Below are positions 35,952 through 39,777 of a stretch of DNA of 39,777 nt, piece after piece. The notes below the pieces were generated by a model. That model worked only from the letters and a program-made list of their open reading frames with translations, was not told the DNA's origin and did no database searches. Each line of letters begins with the position of its first letter. The first letter of the stretch is position 1. Source of the stretch: a bacterium (lineage in GTDB: Bacteria > CG03); assembly GCA_043811795.1 (NCBI GenBank), contig JBDRMV010000059.1, positions 1 through 39,777 of the forward strand. The letters run 5' to 3'. The position numbers and the translations under genes are program-made.

Positions 35952-38900
35952 TTCAAAACGCCTATGAGACGTTTCCTTTCAAAAATCCCGCCCGAGACGG
36001 GTTTTGCAGTTAACCTGAGAATATAAATTCCGGAGGATACCACCTGCGACTTTCCGTTTTTCCCGTCCCACGGGACGATGTTTGTTATTCCCGACGGGCT
36101 CCCCGAACTTCCGTCCAGACCCGGCGGTATGGAGAATTTTTTAACGAGTTCTCCGGCGGGGCTGAATATCTCGAATTCCATCTGCGCGTCTTCGGTCAAA
36201 ACGTATTCTATTTCCGTCTCTTCGTTCGGCGGATTAAACGGGTTGGGATAATTCCTGACCTCGCTCACCGCGCCCGAAGTTGCGGCGTAACTCAAAAGCC
36301 GGAAATAACTCAGCCCTGCGGTCGTAACCGTAATTTGTTTTTTGTGCTTGTCAATTTGCTGGTTTTCTATGAATTCCCACCTGTTTTCCTGTCCGAGGCG
36401 GAAGACCCTGACTGTTGAGGGGGATATGACAGAAAGACCGGCGTAGGAAAAAATCAGCGTGAAAGTCATTGCCGATGAATCCAGAACCTCTCCCGTGACG
36501 GAGTCCTTCATCTCGATTTTATATGTTTTTCCGTCCAGAAGTTTCATTGCAGGCGACGCCGTCGCTCTTTCGTCCGCGGTTGCCGCCGAATCATAATTTG
36601 AAACTTCTTCCGCATCCAGGCAGGATGAGGATGGCATATCCGCCGAGTAAACCTTCACGGCTTCACCGTCGAAAATGAGTTCCGACCACCTGACGTAAAA
36701 AGAAAATGTCTCGCTGCTGTGCCGGACCTCGCCTGAAGAATCTTCCGCTTCCACCCTCCAGAAGTAGGTCGTAAAGTCATTCAGCGCCGTGATTGTGAAT
36801 GATGCCGTAGAAATCCCGGGTATATCGTAAACAAGCGTTTCAGGATTTGTTGAAGTATAAACATACAGGCGCCAGAAAAGTTCGTCTCCGTAGGCGGTGT
36901 CGGGGTCCCCCGCCGATTCCCATTCGAAGGTAGGGGTAATGGCTGAAACGGTAGAGCCGTCTTCGGGTTCTATCAAAGAAAAATCGAGCGGAGGGCGGTT
37001 TGTGTTCCAGATGCTGAAGAGACCCGAAACCGTGGCCGAGGAAAGAATCCCGTCGGTCGCCACTATTCGTATGGAGTAATTTCCGCCATCGGGGTAACCG
37101 GCTGTGTTAAGAACAAATGAGGTCGTTCCTTCATGCAGGTTGTCCGCGAAACAGAATTTTTCCGCGATGGGTGTCTGGAGCGCTCCATCGGAAGAAATGT
37201 AAAGGTCGAAATAAACCCTGTCGAAAGAATCTCCGTCGGAAAAATTCCATTCGATTCCGGCGGCGCCGGTCTGGATGCTCCCTTCCGTCGGTTTTATGAG
37301 AGAGACGGAAGGCGGGGCGTCGTTATCGTTGATTGTGAAATTGCCCGTCTGGGAACTCACACCCTCAAGACCCCTGTTGTCTGTGGCGGATATTTTTAAT
37401 CTGAAGGTGCTTCCGTTCCCCGCACTCGCGGCATCCCACTCCCACTGGCTTATGTCAACGCTGTTGAATTCTTTTATCATTTCAAAAGAAATTCCGCTGT
37501 TTTTTGACAGAAAAATCTTTACGTCGTGAAAAATGTCCTCGTGATTGGGGTCAGAAACGCTCCACTCGAATGTTATTGATTTTGAATAAACCTCGCTTCC
37601 CGCGGGTTGAGTTATTGTTACGGCGGGCGGCGCATTTGTCAGGAAGGAGACGATGTTTGAAAGTTCGGAAACGTTTCCGGCGCAGTCCTTTGATTCCAGG
37701 GCAAAAAAATAAGTTGTTCCTTCCGCAAGCCCCGATACGACAAAAGTTTCATAATTTCCCGGAGACAGAGGGTCCGCCGGCCCGGGAATCATATTTACCG
37801 CCGGCTCATCAGGTGAAATAAATCCGGAACTCGCAACATAGACCTTGTATTCCGAAATTATATTAAACGTGTAATCCACGGGACTCGTCCACCTGAGTTT
37901 CACCGCCCCGTTTTCGAAAGCCGGGGAGGCGTCCAGATTTTCCGTTTTAGCGGGACTCATCGTGTCGATAAAAATGTTTAGACCGTCCGACCAGCCGGAT
38001 TCACAGTCATAATCGTCCTTTGCAAGCATCCGCCATTTCCACCTGCCGTGGCAGAGGCCCGTAACCGTTATTGTACAGGTGCTGATGCCGTCAATTGTAA
38101 TGTCGGGCGAAGAGAAGTCAGTATTGTCGTCCAATTGAAGTTTGTAGGTGAGCGCGCTGCTGTCCGGGTCGTAGGCGTTGTTCCAGGAAAAGGTGCAGCT
38201 CGTGAGGTTCGTGTAAAATTCGTCCGGCGGATAAATCAATTCGGGCGTCGCCGGAAAAGAATTATTGTAGATTGAAAGCGCCGAAACTTCGGGTGTTTTT
38301 GTGTTGTCCGGTGTTATGAGTTCAATTCTCCATTTTACATATCTTTCGGAGGTGAAGCCTCCGATGTTGCTCTTCCAGATTGACCAGCTTGAGTTGTCGG
38401 GAGAGAAACTGAAAAAATAATTCACGGTTCCGGAATTCAGATTTTGCGAAGAAGAATACGAAAGATATTTTGCGAATTCCGCGCCCGTGTCGTATCCTGC
38501 GGACTCGCCGTAGGCGTGCGTCTCATAGTTTGTCCTGAAAAGAACGTCGGCTGCGCCCGAGAGAACGGAGGAATAAACATCGGGAAAACCTTCCGCGCCA
38601 GCGGAAAAACAGGCGGAAGATAGTTTCAAGTACTGATTTTCAAAGGGAATTGCGGCGCTGAAGAAAGTGAAATTTTCAGGGCAGGCAACGGAAACCCTGT
38701 AGTGCGAGGATGTTGAAACATTGACCGGCGGAATGACCGCCCATGACCAGCCGGCGGAGTCGCTGACGGCGGCCGTGGACAGACAGACACCCTCATCACT
38801 CCACAGATGCACGGTTGTGTTCTTTGAATTTGACAGGAGCGAGTACCGCCCGAGCGCAATAATCTGTCCCGCTTCTTTTACGGAAAATGTCCAGCCCCTC

Positions 38901-39118
38901 TCCGAAGTTCCCGTAACGGTGTAGGTTGAGGTCTCGTTTTCAAGAATTTTTGAAATGCTCCTCTGAAGCCGCAGAACACCGTCCGAAGTATTCCATTCGG
39001 CGTTTGTGCCGGAGGGGTCTTTATAAAAATTATCAAGAAAGTTTTCGCTGACATTCGTTGAGTAGGAATATGTAAGCGCGCCGGCGAAAAACAAAAGACA
39101 GATAATTCTCTTCTTCAT
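35948..39118 (-). CDS. large secreted surface protein: N-terminal DUF4082-like domain, multiple Fn3/Ig-like modules, C-terminal FlgD-Ig/T9SS-type sorting-like domain
   Basis: Signal peptide MKKRIICLLFFAGALTYS. GWTFSVKEAGQIIALGRYSLLSNSKNTTVHLWSDEGVCLSTAAV..GWSWAVIPPVNVSTSSHYRVSV resembles DUF4082. Repeated Fn3-like units (F.W....DPD; TTYFFALESKD). C-terminus: VRNYPNPFNPPNEETEIEYVL...FEIFSPAGELV...WDGKNGKSQVVSSGIYILRL. Confidence 0.85.
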   Translation of the reverse strand: MKKRIICLLFFAGALTYSYSTNVSENFLDNFYKDPSGTNAEWNTSDGVLRLQRSISKILENETSTYTVTGTSERGWTFSVKEAGQIIALGRYSLLSNSKNTTVHLWSDEGVCLSTAAVSDSAGWSWAVIPPVNVSTSSHYRVSVACPENFTFFSAAIPFENQYLKLSSACFSAGAEGFPDVYSSVLSGAADVLFRTNYETHAYGESAGYDTGAEFAKYLSYSSSQNLNSGTVNYFFSFSPDNSSWSIWKSNIGGFTSERYVKWRIELITPDNTKTPEVSALSIYNNSFPATPELIYPPDEFYTNLTSCTFSWNNAYDPDSSALTYKLQLDDNTDFSSPDITIDGISTCTITVTGLCHGRWKWRMLAKDDYDCESGWSDGLNIFIDTMSPAKTENLDASPAFENGAVKLRWTSPVDYTFNIISEYKVYVASSGFISPDEPAVNMIPGPADPLSPGNYETFVVSGLAEGTTYFFALESKDCAGNVSELSNIVSFLTNAPPAVTITQPAGSEVYSKSITFEWSVSDPNHEDIFHDVKIFLSKNSGISFEMIKEFNSVDISQWEWDAASAGNGSTFRLKISATDNRGLEGVSSQTGNFTINDNDAPPSVSLIKPTEGSIQTGAAGIEWNFSDGDSFDRVYFDLYISSDGALQTPIAEKFCFADNLHEGTTSFVLNTAGYPDGGNYSIRIVATDGILSSATVSGLFSIWNTNRPPLDFSLIEPEDGSTVSAITPTFEWESAGDPDTAYGDELFWRLYVYTSTNPETLVYDIPGISTASFTITALNDFTTYFWRVEAEDSSGEVRHSSETFSFYVRWSELIFDGEAVKVYSADMPSSSCLDAEEVSNYDSAATADERATASPAMKLLDGKTYKIEMKDSVTGEVLDSSAMTFTLIFSYAGLSVISPSTVRVFRLGQENRWEFIENQQIDKHKKQITVTTAGLSYFRLLSYAATSGAVSEVRNYPNPFNPPNEETEIEYVLTEDAQMEFEIFSPAGELVKKFSIPPGLDGSSGSPSGITNIVPWDGKNGKSQVVSSGIYILRLTAKPVSGGIFERKRLIGVLK
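35951..36259 (-). other. C-terminal sorting-like domain of the 1056-aa protein
   Basis: YPNPFNP...I.Y.L......EIFS.AGELV......WDGKN..G..V.SGIYI motif order, matching the C-terminus of the 2435-aa protein. Confidence 0.6.
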
Positions 39119-39208
39119 GTTCCTGCTGACATCTTACAAATTTATGGGAACTTTTCACAGGTTTTTTGCGGATGTTGTGTTTCGTTTGGAAAAATGTTAG
39201 ATTCTTTT

Positions 39209-39777
39209 ATGCTGATTGAACCTTTTTCATACGACAGGGACATTCAGCCGGACTATCTTAAAAATCTGACTCTTGAAAATGCCTACGAACATTCCTGCTA
39301 CTTTACAAACAGAGACGGTTTGATTATTACGGTTCTGCAGTATCCGAACCGGATTGTTCCTTACGGGCTCGTGTGCGGCGAAAGCGAATTTGAAATTTTG
39401 CGGAATCAGAAACACATGTCTCTCGTAATAACAGGTGGCAGGGCAGTGTCGCTGACCCTCCCCGGCGAAGTGAACATCCCGGCGTCCTCCGCGGGCAGGG
39501 TCATTGAAATGTGGGAAAGGTGTTATGATGACTTCAAGGAATTTCTGAATTCGGCGATAACGAACGGGGAATTCGGGAAACTTGTCGGCCTCGGCTCCGG
39601 TCTTACGCCCGCCGGCGATGATTTTCTCGTGGGTTACATTGCGTCCAGAGAAGTTCTCGGAAAAAAAATTCCCTTTGAGATTGACTGTTCAAGGACAACG
39701 AAATTGAGCGGGCATATCCTTTCAAACGCGTTGCGCGGAAAATTCTCGAGCGCCGTCATAGATTTTCTGAAAAGCGG
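39209..39777 (+). CDS. DUF2877-like (AllH/YlbF-like) protein, 5' part (runs off the window end)
   Basis: Open frame from ATG 39209 (or in-frame ATG 39194) to the window end: MLIEPFSYDRD...LVGLGSGLTPAGDDFLVGYIAS... The GLG.GLTP.GDDFLVG motif is what I recall for DUF2877. It is missing from the ORF track because no stop codon lies in the window. Confidence 0.5.
   Translation, partial: MLIEPFSYDRDIQPDYLKNLTLENAYEHSCYFTNRDGLIITVLQYPNRIVPYGLVCGESEFEILRNQKHMSLVITGGRAVSLTLPGEVNIPASSAGRVIEMWERCYDDFKEFLNSAITNGEFGKLVGLGSGLTPAGDDFLVGYIASREVLGKKIPFEIDCSRTTKLSGHILSNALRGKFSSAVIDFLKS

Noticed and set aside
35380-36013. Arg-rich ORFs 35380-35925 (-) and 35522-36013 (+) inside the second PorV-like gene
   Set aside because: These are alternative-frame or antisense products with extreme Arg/Pro content. 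The annotated frame has a signal peptide, a paralogue in cassette A and ATGA coupling on both sides.
1-39777. Mobile element, prophage, tRNA/rRNA or large structured ncRNA
   Set aside because: No integrase, transposase or phage-like ORFs were recognised. The longest non-coding gap is ~325 nt (16597-16921), and I saw no tRNA-like cloverleaf or rRNA signature. tRNAscan or Infernal would be needed to exclude small RNAs formally.

Overview
Very gene-dense 39.8-kb window. It appears to come from an uncultivated diderm bacterium with a compact genome: there are many ATGA/GTGA start-stop overlaps, a shortened UvrC and a short MetG. All protein and domain calls were made by eye from motifs in the supplied ORF translations, with no searches run, so family names are hypotheses to confirm. 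Plus-strand housekeeping operons are: uvrC-like, lepB, trpE-trpG, PASTA protein-rpe; tmk-holB-PSP1/ricT-metG-aldolase; a cell-envelope cluster; and fumarase-alpha / GAF-HD-GYP / valS / hypothetical / rph. Two minus-strand cell-surface cassettes interrupt them and are the best candidate for an undescribed system. Cassette A (15861-7379) encodes a 2435-aa protein with 14 LVIVD-type blades, many Fn3-like modules, a duplicated ConA/MAM-like module, a lamin-tail-like domain and a C-terminal FlgD-Ig/T9SS-type sorting-like domain. It is joined by an ATGA overlap to a PorV-like outer-membrane barrel that carries a C-terminal TPR tail. Cassette B (39118-33307) encodes a 1056-aa Fn3-rich protein with the same kind of C-terminal domain. 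It is joined by ATGA overlaps to a second PorV-like barrel-TPR fusion and then to a signal-peptide/TPR/TM/HEAT protein. Short intergenic regions carry three families of hairpin repeats: GGGTCA-NN-TCTATTTTT units, GGGGACAGG hairpins (one of which supplies the last codons of metG), and a CCCTCTCCC/GGGAGAGGG element. There is also an attenuator-like or dual-operator motif upstream of tmk. I saw no rRNA, tRNA, CRISPR array, transposase, integrase or phage genes.
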